A stretch of DNA of 63,164 nt, the filler included, from Perkinsus chesapeaki ATCC PRA-425 (lineage: Eukaryota > Protista > Perkinsozoa), in the NCBI GenBank assembly GCA_013115145.1. It is 7 parts of 7 records of this genome, joined end to end, with 100 filler letters (N's around TTAATTAATTAA, not from the genome) between each part and the next. Parts side by side here need not be neighbours in the genome. Positions count along the whole stretch, not along the records: positions 31,393 to 40,147 come from JAAPAO010000958.1; positions 40,248 to 54,111 come from JAAPAO010000774.1; 5 more parts are not named here. One strand, 5' to 3'. Position 1 is the first letter of the stretch, and each line of letters starts with the position of its first letter. Below the pieces are notes generated by a model, which saw only the letters and a program-made list of their open reading frames with translations, was not told the origin of the DNA and made no database searches. This document shows positions 37,101 through 52,002 of this stretch, piece after piece. A program made the translations under genes and the position numbers.

Positions 37101-39148
37101 ATCCTAATGATGTTGATAGTGTAATAAGTGACATAAATAATACCACATTTCCGTCAGATCTTACCTATACATGACCCTGATAACTTTGCCGATCCTAATG
37201 AATCTAAAGCAGCTAAATTAGCTAATAGTCTTATAGCACATGGGGAGAGTTGGCCAGGATTGAAGAAGACCTTACAAGACAGGACTATTGTTAGTGCTAG
37301 TCTTGGTGCATTCGGTAGGAACTGCTGCTGCTGCCTGACAACATAGCGCAATGACTACTCTGTATAATTAATATAGTCTAGTTGATAATCAGCAATTAGA
37401 TATTTGCCAGTAGACTATCTCCTTCATAGCCGCCATCTGCTTCATTATTATCCATCATCTTGTGAATTAGAATGTTGATAGGTTCTAGTCCCATTTGATA
37501 TTATTATTATTGATTATCCCTCACTTATTGTATTTGTATTAGGTAAACTTTATGGTGTATTTGACGGTCATGGTGGGTCTAATGTTGCTGATATACTTGT
37601 TAAGGAGATGCCAAGGAAGTTGCTGTTTCAGTATGTCACTTGCCTGATAGTAGTAGTATTGTGATAACCGTTTCAGATTCAAAGCAGCTCAACTTCAACC
37701 AAGCTCGCCATCAGTTGATTTAGCAGCAGCTATTACAACGGCCTTCCAACAGATAGATAAAGATATATTAGATAGTTGTGAGAGGAAACCACAGCTACAA
37801 CCACAAGGGTCAACTGCCACTATATTCATGGTTAATGTAACTATTAAAAGGGGAGACTGTCATTATATAGACTGTTATTTAGTATTCAACACCACCACGG
37901 ATGATAGTTGCATCAGTTGGTGATAGCAGGGTAAGTGGGTTGTATGAGTATGATTTATTATATCCTCGTTAATTAGGCAGTATTATGTCGTGATGGTAGA
38001 GCTATAGTGTTGACTAAGGATCATGAACCTGAAGATCCTATAGAGAAAGCAAGGGTTGAAAGGGCAGGAGGTCAGATAATGATGGTACAAGGTGTGGCTA
38101 GGGTTTGTAATAATAATATAATAGTAATATAAGTATTATTATTAGTAATAGGTACATCTAAAACAAAGAGAGTTTTGCAGGGCTTAGCTATGACCAGAAG
38201 TATTGGTGATTATTATTTTAAAAGGCCTCATGCTTTATCGATACCTGACCCAGACGTGCAGGTGAGAATGAGTATTAGTTAATTATTGGAGGACTTATTA
38301 GGTGTTACCATTGGACCAAAATGATTGCTTTATTTTACTAGCAAGTGATGGTATATTCGAAAAGAGTATGACTAATGATCAAGCAGTGGCTTTAGCTGCT
38401 GAACGATTAAAGGCAGAGGGACCTGAAGGAGCTGCTAAAGCAGTTGTTAGGAATGCGTAATATTATATGAAACATGACCTTTTATTTTTTATAAATATAT
38501 TACTTGACATTTTTCTGTCGGGCAGCACTCCTTTGCCAGTGAAACATTAACAATAACAGTCTATTATTATTAACAATAATAATACATTATTGCTATTACT
38601 AATTATAATATATATGTTATTACTATTGTCAATCTATTTAGGTATAGTCAAGGTTCAGAGGATAATTTAACATGTATATGCGTGCAGTTTGATTGGCATG
38701 ATACTAAAGCTCTAGATGTAAGTGGTGGAATCAGCAGCAGTCTTTATTCATCTAACTCAAACTCAAACATTATGTATATGCCAATCGTAATTATATCCAC
38801 TACCAGTAGTGATGGTATCCCTATTATAAGTAATGTGTGTACTATCCTATAGCCTTTGGTATAGTCGTCGATGAAACAATCATGCATTAATCATATAAAA
38901 TTATATCTTGTATGGAAATTACGACTTTTATTATACCATACAACCCTAAGCCACTACCTATCCTATAACTATTTATTGCTTATTAATACCATTCACAGCA
39001 GCTTCACTCTATGATAGAGTCTCTATCATCATCCTTGCCATACATATTTTAGGTTATGTTAAAGCGTGCAAAGTCTAACGCAACATCAACAGTTATACCA
39101 ATACCATCAACTGCTGTTGAGGATGATAGTTTTGATATGTTTGCTTGA
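34184..39148 (+). CDS. PP2C/PPM phosphatase with N-terminal RS-rich, OCRE-like and cold-shock domains
   Basis: MPSRSRSRSRNRR...; SGWWMHKDGQWRWHQDTNMYFNNDDNK|YYH; IGRVAKFDQTRGFGFI and LFVHRKGIAG (RNP1/RNP2-type); PP2C motifs GVFDGHGG, ASVGDSR, LTKDHEP, LAMTRSIGD, LASDGIFE, GSEDNLT; ends DDSFDMFA* at 39148. Confidence 0.85.
34790..35545. repeat. Intronic 23-bp minisatellite (more than 20 visible units, two assembly gaps)
   Basis: Unit taatagtatat(t/c)cctattatatt; lies between donor gtaatg (~34761) and acceptor ttacag (~35561). Confidence 0.95.
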
Positions 39149-39649
39149 AGATGATGCTAGAGGGCTGCTGAGGCTGAGGTAATGATAATATAATAAATAA
39201 GAGTTATTATTATAATAACTTCTCCGCATATGCATTTCAGTGGCATGAGCATGAAGCCCTCTGGCCCTCAGCATCACTTAGTCATGGAAATGCTACTGCT
39301 AATAACAATGGCTATTGTTACGTACGGACACTACTGGCCTTCTTCCCGTGTGGCTTTGGATACCATCTTACGAGCACTTCACGGTTGTTGTTCTTGTTGT
39401 TCGTCGTCGATCTGAGTGGAATAGGCTGCTGTTGTTATTATTACTATTTTAATGTAGGTTATTATTGTATTATTATCTACTTCTACTATATGATGATGAT
39501 ACTACTACCAATAATAAGGAGCTATGGGTTGATGATGTTATCCTCCATATTATAATATTATTATTTCTTATTACCATTCATTATTACTATTCATCATTAT
39601 TGTGTTGGTAGTGAAATGTCCGGGTTCGGGAGGGGGAGAATAGGAGAAT

Positions 39650-40050
39650 ATGGAATCTGCTCTTATAGAGTTTATCATGAGCATCTTAAGGAATGTTTCT
39701 AAGGTGCGCAGTGCTGGTACAAGTGCACTGCCGCCAATGATAAGGGTATTGGAAGAATTGAGGAAGTTACGAAAAGTAAAGGTGGATCCAGAGGAGGTTA
39801 TCACTTTACTATATGAGGCCACAGAACCAAAGACATTGACAGCGTAATGGTAGTGATTGGAGGTAAGGTTATTAAGTTGAATTAGGTATACATCAAGGCA
39901 GTTGGCAGAGTTGGCATACTCGATAGTAATGGTGATAGGGGAAGGTACAGAGGTAGAGTGGCTTAGTAGTGTAGGAGATGAGATAATGAGGAGAGGTGGA
40001 CAAGGGTTCTATTCGAGGGATATTGGTAATAGGGGATGCTGGAGTAGGGA
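39650..40050 (+). CDS. Partial hypothetical helical-repeat protein (FAST/RAP-associated repeat-like), truncated by contig end
   Basis: ORF 39650-39847 plus a spliced exon YTSRQLAELAYSIVMV...GQGFYSRDI resembling QxLAxLAxS repeats; weak. Confidence 0.3.
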
Positions 40051-40247
40051 ATGATTATAATATCATGTTGAATGGTAAAAATAAAGGACAATCGAACAAC
40101 ATTATATAATAACATTTTACTAGTGTAAAAATAAAGGACAATCGAACNNNNNNNNNNNNNNNNNNNNNNNNNNNNNNNNNNNNNNNNNNNNTTAATTAAT
40201 TAANNNNNNNNNNNNNNNNNNNNNNNNNNNNNNNNNNNNNNNNNNNN

Positions 40248-43103
40248 TAGCTTATCAACCAACTCATCTCCATACATGTTATGTCCTCCTCCCTCACGTT
40301 GTGGTTTTAGCACCTAATCTAAAAACTTACACAATAATTACCACATTCAGAACTCACCCAAGCCATTGGATTCTTAATAGCTTCAGCAACGGTCTCCTCT
40401 GCTGTAGAAGGATCAACTTGAACCTGCGGAAATATCCTATAAGACGTCAATAATTCCTCGCCTACCGCAAAGTGCTGTCGCATCATATCAGCCTCTTCAT
40501 TAGTTAAACCAAATCTTGTCATCACACTCGGATCGCTATACCATAACTGCTGCACCTTTTTGGTGCCTGACAACAAGTGCCACTGTAGGAATCACCGCAA
40601 TACTCGCATTCGACCAAGTCATTTCCGAGTTTGGGAGTCGCTATTCGCACTGGCATCGAGCCAAGTCCTTAGTAAGTCACCTACACGTGCTAGCGCGGAA
40701 AAATTTTTTGAAAAAATCCGCCAAGGGTCTGTCTGGCTCTCGGACTCTCCATACTCCCGCGGTATGGGTAGATAATATCATGTCACAGAGGAGAGATATC
40801 CCAACAATAGGTGGAGCCCATAATTAGGCCATTTTTCCCGAACTGACTACGCCGAGGAGGGAAGACATGGGAGAGCCCGTTACACTGACTTACCAGACAG
40901 TTGCTGTGGTATCGAGGGGCACATAACCGCGTTGCTGAATTCCAAACGTTTGCGAATATCCCAATGTGAGTCTAAGAACACCCACACTAGCTGCATCAAC
41001 CTAAGATACGCTCCTACCATCAAGGTACTGGCTGGGACCATAACCAGTACGAAAGTAAAAAAGAGAGATCTCCACCATGCGCTCTGGGTCCAGCAGTGAT
41101 GGTACGAAAACCAGCTGAGGGAAGTAAAATAACTATTTCTTTATAAACTAACACATATCAAAAGCGGTCATCTAATTTTATGTCGAACATGGCTTATCAA
41201 CATGAACAATGGACCGTCAATTTCGTGGCGCGGACCAAATAGTACAATAGGTCCGCAACCACATAGCATATATTTAATGCCATCTTTTTCCGAGAAGTTC
41301 TTGGAAAAAGACAGCATTGACTATATTAAATATGTTATAATATATAAACTATATAGTTCTTGGCAAAAACTACCGCATAGGATTTCCGTATTCTTTCCTC
41401 CTCCTTCTGGTATTATGACTAGTATGTGGTCACTATTGCTATTTAACTTTTAATCTCCCAAATGACACAACGCCTAACTTTTCTCAATCAGCACACACAC
41501 ACTGCCGAGGAATTATCCATCGCATGGTGATGCACACGAGAGCTATAATACCAACTCTACTAATTTCCACATAATATAATTATATAGCAAAGAATTCAAC
41601 TTCACATGCAATTCTGTGGTCACCCCACCTGTGTCTTCTCATCTATATAAGCATTTTTCGCCAGCTCAGCCATGGTGCGGCGATGCACACTAATGCCATG
41701 ATCGGCAAGGAGGGCAGTCCTATAGCAATACGGTATTTTATATCCAACATTGGTATTTTCTTACTCTAGAAAGCGCTGGTCGCATTCGTTGTCCTCGGGG
41801 GCATCGACCACCATACAAATGCTACGTGACTGTCGACCGAATCTGCACAGAAATCTCCCAACTGGGCAAGCACATTCACTCACTTTTCATTATAAGCCTC
41901 AACAGCCTTGGCCACAGCCGCAGCGAAGGTCTCTATTGGCTTGTTGTCTGGTAATCGGAGTCCACTAAGATCTCCCAAGGCTGCGGAGGCAGTCATTCTA
42001 TGGAAGGCCTGATGGTAAAGTGAATCTCACGGTAAGGCTGGGTCTCACCGAAACTTGAGTGCCCATGCCAGCGAAGCCAGCAGCCATCGTATTGACTTCC
42101 ACTTGGAGCAGTCGATTACAAATAGCCGTTGGAAGATAGTCATGACGAAGAAGGTGTCTAAGGAGGTTATTATTAGGATGGCACACTAAACGAAGGCTTG
42201 CTAACACATTCTATTGTTAAATACAAAGGAGGAGGCCTATATGATGAGATATAAAAGGACTTAGGCCTATGTGAAATTAACATAACAGAAAGTGAAGCGA
42301 AAGCAGACATAGGCAGACCTATCAGGACGAATAAGCTCCTTACAGTCTTATGTCCTTAGAATGGTCTCTGCCATGATGAATGTAGACTTCCCTACAGATA
42401 TCCACCAGCCTTCTAGTGAAGTCATCAGCCTCGGTAACCTACACTTAGTATTATTGGCAGTTATACGAGCAAACGATAGATAGGAATAAACCCATCAAGA
42501 GAGAGCCCTTTGCTCAGGGTACTATTCTGTGCTAGCAGCACCAGTCATGACCACTTCACTCAGGGACGAAAACTTCCCAAAACGCGCCACAAAATCCTTA
42601 ACGCAAGCGACTATCAGCACTCGAATTATTATGCTATTATCTCGGAATTAAGGTAATCTCGGAAGATGGTCTTACCTCCTTAAGACTGGTCACCAGCCAC
42701 TCTGGGTCAACAGCTATGTTATCCATCAATCTAGCAATAATGCTGCCGAGCTGCCAAGCTTCATTAAACCTATCCAGCAATAGTTCCGCGCAATACTTTA
42801 CACTGCCACTACTGTGATGCCGGAAACGGTCGAGGGAGAAGTGCCACGGGAAGCACGGCACTCTTCAAAGGTTCGCTGTCGCTCTTGGGGAGGACGGCAA
42901 TGCCCAGGGCTGATGAAAAAACAACAGATGGAGCCTTGGCTGAGCTTCACCTTACCGCTGAGCATAGCTCCACAGTCCCTAAGGACCGCAGTGTTAGATG
43001 CCATAGCCTTCAAAGACTCTTCATAAGCCACTCTGGTCAAGGCCGGCGATGTGGAACCTTGTGAAGTGGAAGGTTTGATGATGCCACGGAGAGATTCGGG
43101 CAT
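40248..43103 (-). CDS. GSS: Eukaryotic-type glutathione synthetase, copy B (3' truncated by contig end)
   Basis: Spliced exons: VALLPRPFP, DDFTRRL, LLRHDYL, QVEVNTMAAGF, DNECDQRFLE, EISLFYFRTGYGP, CPSIPQQLS|GTKKVQQ, W|VLKPQREGGGHNMYG. Confidence 0.9.
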
Positions 43104-43739
43104 TGGGTTTGAAACGTGTGCCTAATAGTAGAGACATGATAGTAACACAAGCCTGAATGGATAGTAGAAAGTCAAGGAGGAGAAGTCCCGCTTAAGTAAA
43201 TCATGTCACCTAACTGAGGTGGTGATGATGGTTAACTAACAACACGACTATACGTCGTCATCGTCGTCTGCGATGTTGTTGGGAGTTATCAAGGCTGTTC
43301 CTAGGAATGGGCGGCCAGAGTCTCTGAGGTATAAACGAGAGGACAGCAAGCACACTACAGGTTTAACACGAGGAAGCAAAACAGAAGGAGGAACGGACTG
43401 GACTGGTTTTGAGAATCTTGAGGTTCGTGGTGGAGCACTCGTCGACCTTAGATACCACCCAAAGGTCAACCTCATACGCTACTCTCTACACGTTATAGCC
43501 TCATAAAGAGGGGTGCGCTGAGAACCTCTTAGTTCCAAAATGAGGTTCAATAAAATAAGAAGAGCTTTGACGAGAAATCAAGGAAATATAAAAAGATATA
43601 TTTCATATAGTTTATGTCTAGAGAACTATATTAAAAATATATATAAAAATATTTATAATATATAGACAAGATACAATCAACATACGCTATCAAATCGTAA
43701 TAGCCACGCGCATGAGTGATGGCAAATGAAATCGATCAA

Positions 43740-46700
43740 CCGTCCATACTCATCCCTACTCTATAGCCTATTGACCTACTACACTGAATGCACCCCAATC
43801 TATATACTATAACGGCATGAACCTCAATACCATATCCTTGCTACCCCTGAGTAATCTGTATCACATGACCAGCAGTCCTATCAAAGGCAACTTCATTGCC
43901 GTTCATAACCAAGCATGAGTACACACTCAGAACGGTTCTCGTGCTGTTGTTGTTGTCCAATACTTTACTCACCACTCGGCCTTCTCTCCAACTTGCCTCA
44001 ACCTAGGGCCATCACTCCATATTACCATATGACATCCTATGCAACGAAATGCATTCCACTAGACGGATATTCCTAAGGACCGTACGCCCGCTCTATCAAG
44101 CTCAAACCCGACCAGCAAGGCAGACGACCTGGCTGCCTATTATAACCTATTCTGCTGCTGCTGGTTTGATAGGGAACTTCCCTATCTCAGCAACTTCTTA
44201 TTATATATTCATTAGATAGGCTTAGATATTAATCCATCAGCGACCCTTCTCTACAGCAGAGATAGCCACTCTCTATGCACCTTTAAAAACAATATCGCAC
44301 TCTCCCTATCCCCCTCTTGAAGCCATTATGCTTCGCCGGCACACCAGCGACAGCTAGAGGTGTCAGAGACCCGTCGTACGTCAATCACAGCACATAGTGT
44401 TGTATCCTTTGTGTCTTCGGCCACGCCATCTCGCGGAGCCTGATTAGAGCCTCCCCAAGACCAAACACTCCGAACAGGGTCCTACAATGGCCTTCAACAG
44501 CTCATCTGATGGTTGCTCCACAAGCCCTGCTGCGGGAAAAAATTTATCAGCGTCACTGCGCCACGAAATTTGCATCTCTCCTAGCTCTGAAGTTAATTCG
44601 CTTAACCCCCACCGCTGCTAATGTTCCTCACCAGCCACACAAGCCTCGAGCGATGGACACTTAACAGCCTTACTCCTCTCCATGTCAAATCGGAACTGCC
44701 TATCGATCTCGTCTGAATGGGGAGGCTCCTTCCGATATATTCCCTTTAACAGTATCCTACCGTCCCAATCAATAGAGCCGTGTTGGAAATAGAACAGAGC
44801 CACTTCAATACGTCTACTACTGTCCAACACACTGGTGACCGTCACAACCTAATATTACAAAAGTAATTACCTAAGTATTAAAGCGTCAAAGAAAGGCAAT
44901 ATTTGCCCTCTCCATGCAGTCTTAAACGTAATGGTCGATGATGGTCCGTTAGCGTATAACCAGTAACGTCGAACTTGGTCATTAGCATCATAAGGCACCA
45001 GAACAAAAACTGTGCCTTCTACTGGTAGTACTATCCTGGAGAATGTGTTAAAGAAGCCTATCCTCAGGCTCCTCAAAATAGGCCCTCCTCCCTATGTTTT
45101 CACTTCAACAAATCTATAAAGAATCGGCTTTAGTGGACAGACCAGCTTCTAGATTCCTTCGTGTGTAGTACTTTACTTCAACTAGGCGAACTCTAGCTAC
45201 ATTCTAGTGATAGTCGAAACTTCACTTCACATTGCCCACGAGTATCATACTGCCCTTTGCGAATGTCGCACCTCATATGTGTTTCCACCTGCCCCCCAAT
45301 GCTGCTCGCTAAGCTCTTACGAATTATTCTCGCAGAAAAAGGTGACGTAAGTGCATACGCTTCTACTTCACTTACTAGCTACTCCAATGTACTACTTACC
45401 CTACGATAGCACCACGAAATTACACAACTTANNNNNNNNNNNNNNNNNNNNNNNNNNNNNNNNNNNNNNNNNNNNNNNNNNNNNNNNNNNNNNNNNNNNN
45501 NNNNNNNNNNNNNNNNNNNNNNNNNNNNNTCTACTTCACTTACTAGCTACTCCGATGTACTACTTACCCTACGATAGCACCACGAAATTACACAACTTCT
45601 ACTTCACTTACTAGCTACTCCGATGTACTACTTACCCTACGATAGCACCACGAAATTACACAACTTCTACGACACCCTGCCGGATCTAGGTGAAGCATCA
45701 CCATCCCACATTGCAATCGCCGACTCTCATAGGAATGGCCCCTCCCTGTATGTCCCACACTACGTCATTTACTACCCCCGACTCCCTGGCATCCATCTCA
45801 ACAACATCTCCAGCCAGCTCCCTAGCTGTACGTCTATGGCTGGCAATACCATGATTCATCAATAACGCCGCCCTGGGGAAGTCCTTCTACTGCTAACAAC
45901 CCACTGTATAAGCCACTACTCGATAAGCCTGTCGTCGTTGTCGGTGCTGGCATCATTCCCCTTCGACGTTACAATACAAATGTCCCGACTGCTCCTGTGG
46001 AACCTGATGATGATGACGGCGCCAATTGAGAGGTGAACGCCATTCTGCGGCGTTCCATGCCAAGACTAAAACTACCCGCCCCTATAGAAAGCTGCATTGG
46101 AGTAACGTGAGAAAGTTAACTAGCCGACACGTCACGGATGCTGCTGCTGCCTGAGGATGGCTTTGGCGCTTCTCTCCCAGTTCGTTACTCTGGGAAGCAT
46201 CATCTCTCCAAAGGCTACTTCGAATATACTGCTCCTTTAGCGATCTATAACCTTTTGTCACCTCAAAACCAACGTTATGAAATCTATCTCGCGATCAACC
46301 TAGGATTGCAGTTTCAGGCATTTCAGCAGGCAGTATCGTCACAAATCTTATGAATGCAATACTGTTCTCCAAATGGCGCTCCCTAACCCTCAGCCACCCA
46401 CTTCACCACTACCTTTCATTATACAACCTCACCGACTCCGCTATTGCAGTAGCTATCTCATTAGCGGGTTTATTATCCGGCAGCTCACATTCCCCAATCT
46501 TATCCAGTGACGAAGTCAAAGCTGTCATGCGATGGAGACACTGGCAACACAAAGAAGGATACAATCACACAGCAGCATGCCCACAGCACAAGTACCGAGA
46601 CTTTCTGGGGTACTCCCGCGAACTCCGGGGTGGCTCGAACCTTCAATAATGCCGGTTGACCACTAGAACCGCAAGCATAGTCTTGTTGCAGTATGTTGCT

Positions 46701-47785
46701 GAGAAATAGAGAAGGACATTTGAACTATAGTGCAAGAGATGGATCCAAGAAACAGTTGGATGCCACGCTATAAATGTATTAGACAACGCACCACAAACGG
46801 CCGTTGAAAATATGGTCCAACGAAAGAGCCATGCTAAACCCCGCTTCCCATGCGGGGCTATCACTTTACCTATACCAGCGCTGAGAACATATCAATATTA
46901 TTCCTTATTGACTTATTCCCACTTCACTTCACAAATGGACAAATTGAGCGTTTTTGCCCCTCTTTGATCCGTCTTATTACAGTCTTATATCATTCCGATG
47001 TTGTTCCCTATGGCATTTGACATCACCTATCACTCTATGCCATAAGCCTATCAGCCCTGTACTTCCACTTGAACACTAAACGCCATCACACAAACCAAAG
47101 TAAATATCGCTGCCTTTAGCCTGTATATTCCCGAGCTTCTAGCCTACCGATTCGATGTGTTCCGCCGTCCAACCGGAGTCCAGTGATGCGCAGTCCATTA
47201 TTCGGGCCACCAGTGCGCTTAAGTGATATATATCATTCAACCTGATGGACTTGGAAGCTGCAAGCTCCTTCGGGAAGTGCGTACACTTTTTTAGGGACCG
47301 GAGTTGGCCGGAGAGTGATTGGTAATGGCCTAGCCGCGCCTAGCTGACAATCTCCGTTTCGTTCGGTGAGGCCCAAACCTGTTAGAAATAGTTCTACAAC
47401 ACTTCTATTATATAAGTCAATCAGCCAAGAGAATTGCAAACTGTAAGGTCGCACAAATAGAAAAACATGTACTAGCAGGTAGTAGCTGTGGAATATATAA
47501 ATAAAGGAGACCTTTCACTATTATTAATCGATTCCAACGAATACCGAATCAAGTGAGCTCTGAGCATACATTAACTGAGATATTACTGCTAATCATTGCC
47601 CCACAGTCCCTTAGTAATGCTCTGTTCTCCATCATAGACCTTAAAGCTTTATTATATGCTTCAATGGTAAGATCTGGTGTATGACATGACGATGATGATC
47701 TCGCCAAATCACAGGCGTAAACGTCCCGAAGCTGCTCTGAGTTAGTGCGGACTCTATACGGCCCATTTAGCATTATTATAGCCAA
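43740..47785 (-). pseudogene. Divergent glutathione synthetase paralog, copy A (catalytic motifs lost; at least one frameshift)
   Basis: AYNKALRSMMENRALLRDCGAMIS, PITLRPTPVP, ARIMDCASLD, HRNDIRL, IEVALFYFQ and ERSKAVKCPSLEACVA align to copy B with matching intron positions. GTKKVQQ becomes ELGEMQI and KPQREGGG was not found. Apparent 2-nt deletion near 47220. Confidence 0.65.
45360..45670. repeat. 68-bp tandem repeat spanning an assembly gap, inside GSS copy A
   Basis: ttctacttcacttactagctactccgatgtactacttaccctacgatagcaccacgaaattacacaac repeated with period 68 (45530 to 45598). Confidence 0.92.
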
Positions 47786-48541
47786 TAACTAAGTAGGTAA
47801 TTAGTGACCTCATCAGCAGCCTCATCCGAAAGCTATCAGTATATTAATCATATAGCTTTATAACCCAATATGTTACCATTATGCCACCTACAAGGTGCCT
47901 CATAGTAAGCTCGACGTTATATACACCTAGAACTTGGTGTTTTACTTTATGGACCACACCTGGCAGGCGGCCACAGGCGTGCCCTTAAGACCACAATTCA
48001 CTTCGGACAAAAGCGCTGCTAAACGAGGTACAACTTCAGACACCGTTTTCCGCTTTTGGTGCAGTAAGGATCCCGCTCGGCAATGTACCCATACATTGTG
48101 CCCATCTCACCGTGCCGTTACGAGTGAGCTGGAGAATGATCCTTTAAATCTGATCATCACTACGTGAACCCCATGAAAAAGTGATACGATGGGTAGAGGG
48201 GTTCCACGTGGAACCCGGCGGTGCTTCAGTTACTGAGTTGATGATCATGTGATAGACCTACAATACCAGACGCGGCAGGAGAAAAATGACTTCGGGCCGA
48301 TTGATTGCCAATCGTTGATACCGACTTCATGATATAAGCGGCGGCCCTTAGCATATACGCGTCGATCGATTCAGTCTGTACAGTTGTTATCCCCGTAATT
48401 ATCGCGCACACCGTCCGCTCGTAACACCGAGGACTGGCCGAGAAAAAAAAGATCCCCGGGCGCGCGCGGAGTTTCGTGGCGCGGTGATATCCTTAATCCA
48501 GGCGCTGGTTGTAAAAAGCATCATCCTCCTTCTCTGCGGTA

Positions 48542-50433
<1,892 letters not shown>

Positions 50434-50643
50434 GCGAGGACTGGCAGCCGTATCTGGCCTAATACATATGTATATGGCAACGTATTGAGAACACTGTTAA
50501 GGAGGATCATATAATAGATCGCATTGCCCACCACGGTCTGCAAGCTAGGTAGATTTCGACGTTACTATCTCTGGTGTAGGAGCTGTTGGATTGTCAATTA
50601 GTAAAGGGAGGCTCCTTTAGTGTAAAGTATGTTCCCTACCTCC

Positions 50644-52002
50644 ATGCAGTGTGATAGCGAAGAGCCATATGAGTCGATATACGGTTTGGTGAGATAGGAT
50701 TGATGATGGTGATTGATGTCACTAGTAGGTGACGGAACCTGAAGTGCCGAATCCGAAACCGCCGAGACACAAATCAAAGTTTCCGGGCAAGATCCCGCCA
50801 ACGGCGAGCACATTTGCTACAGCACAAACAAGCAAGCCAGGTTGGAACTGAACGCGGGAATTCATACCACATTTCCTCCACATCTCGCAGGTATATGTAA
50901 CATAGCTGGAGCACAGCAGGTGGACGAACCGAAAGCAAGCGAGCATTCGTACGGATCAACTCGGGCAATTTTCGAAGATCGATCTTCAGATACTGCAAGA
51001 CACATGCGACTTTCGGCGTTCCCGTCGGCTCGCTGAAGCCTGATCCTCAAAAGCCACTGAAGAAATTTGAAAGAGCGAAGCGAGTGGAGTCACGTAGGAA
51101 GCCATGCTTTGACTGCACTAGGATCTCGACAGTTACCGAGTTGAGAAAGAAGAGCCCCGAGAAACTAAAAGCCTCGGCGCCTCACGCCGTGACCAAACCA
51201 CCAGTTCCGAAATTAAACGAGAAACCTGTTATGAATCTTGTGTCGGGTGAGCTGGTGGGAAGCCACGTGGCTCCTAGTGCAACATGCGTATTGCTAATTT
51301 GCGGTTACTGAGGCATGTCGTCGGGCTATTGGTGTTTTCCAGGAAAAAACTACGTTACTGCGAACGCGGTGGACAACATCTTGAAAGCCCCTCCCGCAAA
51401 GGCCAAACATTATGGCGAGATGGACAAGGACTACTTGAAGAAGGCGGACTATGGTAACCGGCTGAATCCAGAACACGTTGATACTGAGACTTATCAGGAA
51501 AAGTCCCCGCATATTTGGAGAGAATAAAGGCCGATATAAAATCTGAGTAAGGCGCATTTAGTTTATGGCACAACACTTTGATGCAGGTACGAGTACATAA
51601 GGAAGCTGCAGGAGCAGCAGACGACAGAGGAACAGGCCAGGGTGGGAACGAGTTTGGCCAACTGATGGCAGCATGAGACATGTGTGTAGATACGACCACT
51701 TCTTGAGGATGAGCGTATGGAGCTGATTGAGGCACTAAAGAAGAAATGGGAGAAGGTCAATGCTGACTATCAGGTAGAGCTATTCGAAGAGGCCGAGTGA
51801 CACGCATTGTTGTTAATAGTGTATGACACATCTCACTAAACTGGATACGATTGGTAAGACCAAACGGAAGGAGGCGTTCGAGGCACAACTGGCAGCTATT
51901 GAGAGCGATATAGCAAAGCTTAACCGAAGGTGAATGTGAATATGATTTTTGATGGAAAAAGTGTTTGTCATTAGGAGAGTGTTAATTGATACAACCATGT
52001 AG
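50644..52002 (+). CDS. ENKUR: Enkurin-domain ciliary/flagellar protein
   Basis: Spliced: YESIYGL, TFGVPVGSLKPDP, KPPVPKLNEKPVMNL, KNYVTANAVDNIL, DYLKKADYG, EDERMELIEALKKKWEKVNADYQ, DTIGKTKRKEAFEAQLAAIESDIAKL. Confidence 0.87.

Noticed and set aside
31136-43743. Identical 15-mer aaatcgatcaaccgt at 31136 and 43729
   Set aside because: A few 15-mer coincidences are expected by chance in 63 kb, and the flanks do not extend the match.
40567-44631. A single GSS gene with a 4-kb intron (KCPSLEACVAG joined to TKKVQQ in phase)
   Set aside because: The interval contains a complete second set of GSS exons, including its own CPSIPQQLS exon (donor at 40893); it is a tandem duplication.
7901-45670. Tandem arrays (38, 55, 46, 23 and 68 bp) as CRISPR-like arrays
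   Set aside because: Units are head-to-tail with no unique spacers, there are no cas genes, and the context is eukaryotic; most sit at assembly breaks, as expected for minisatellites.
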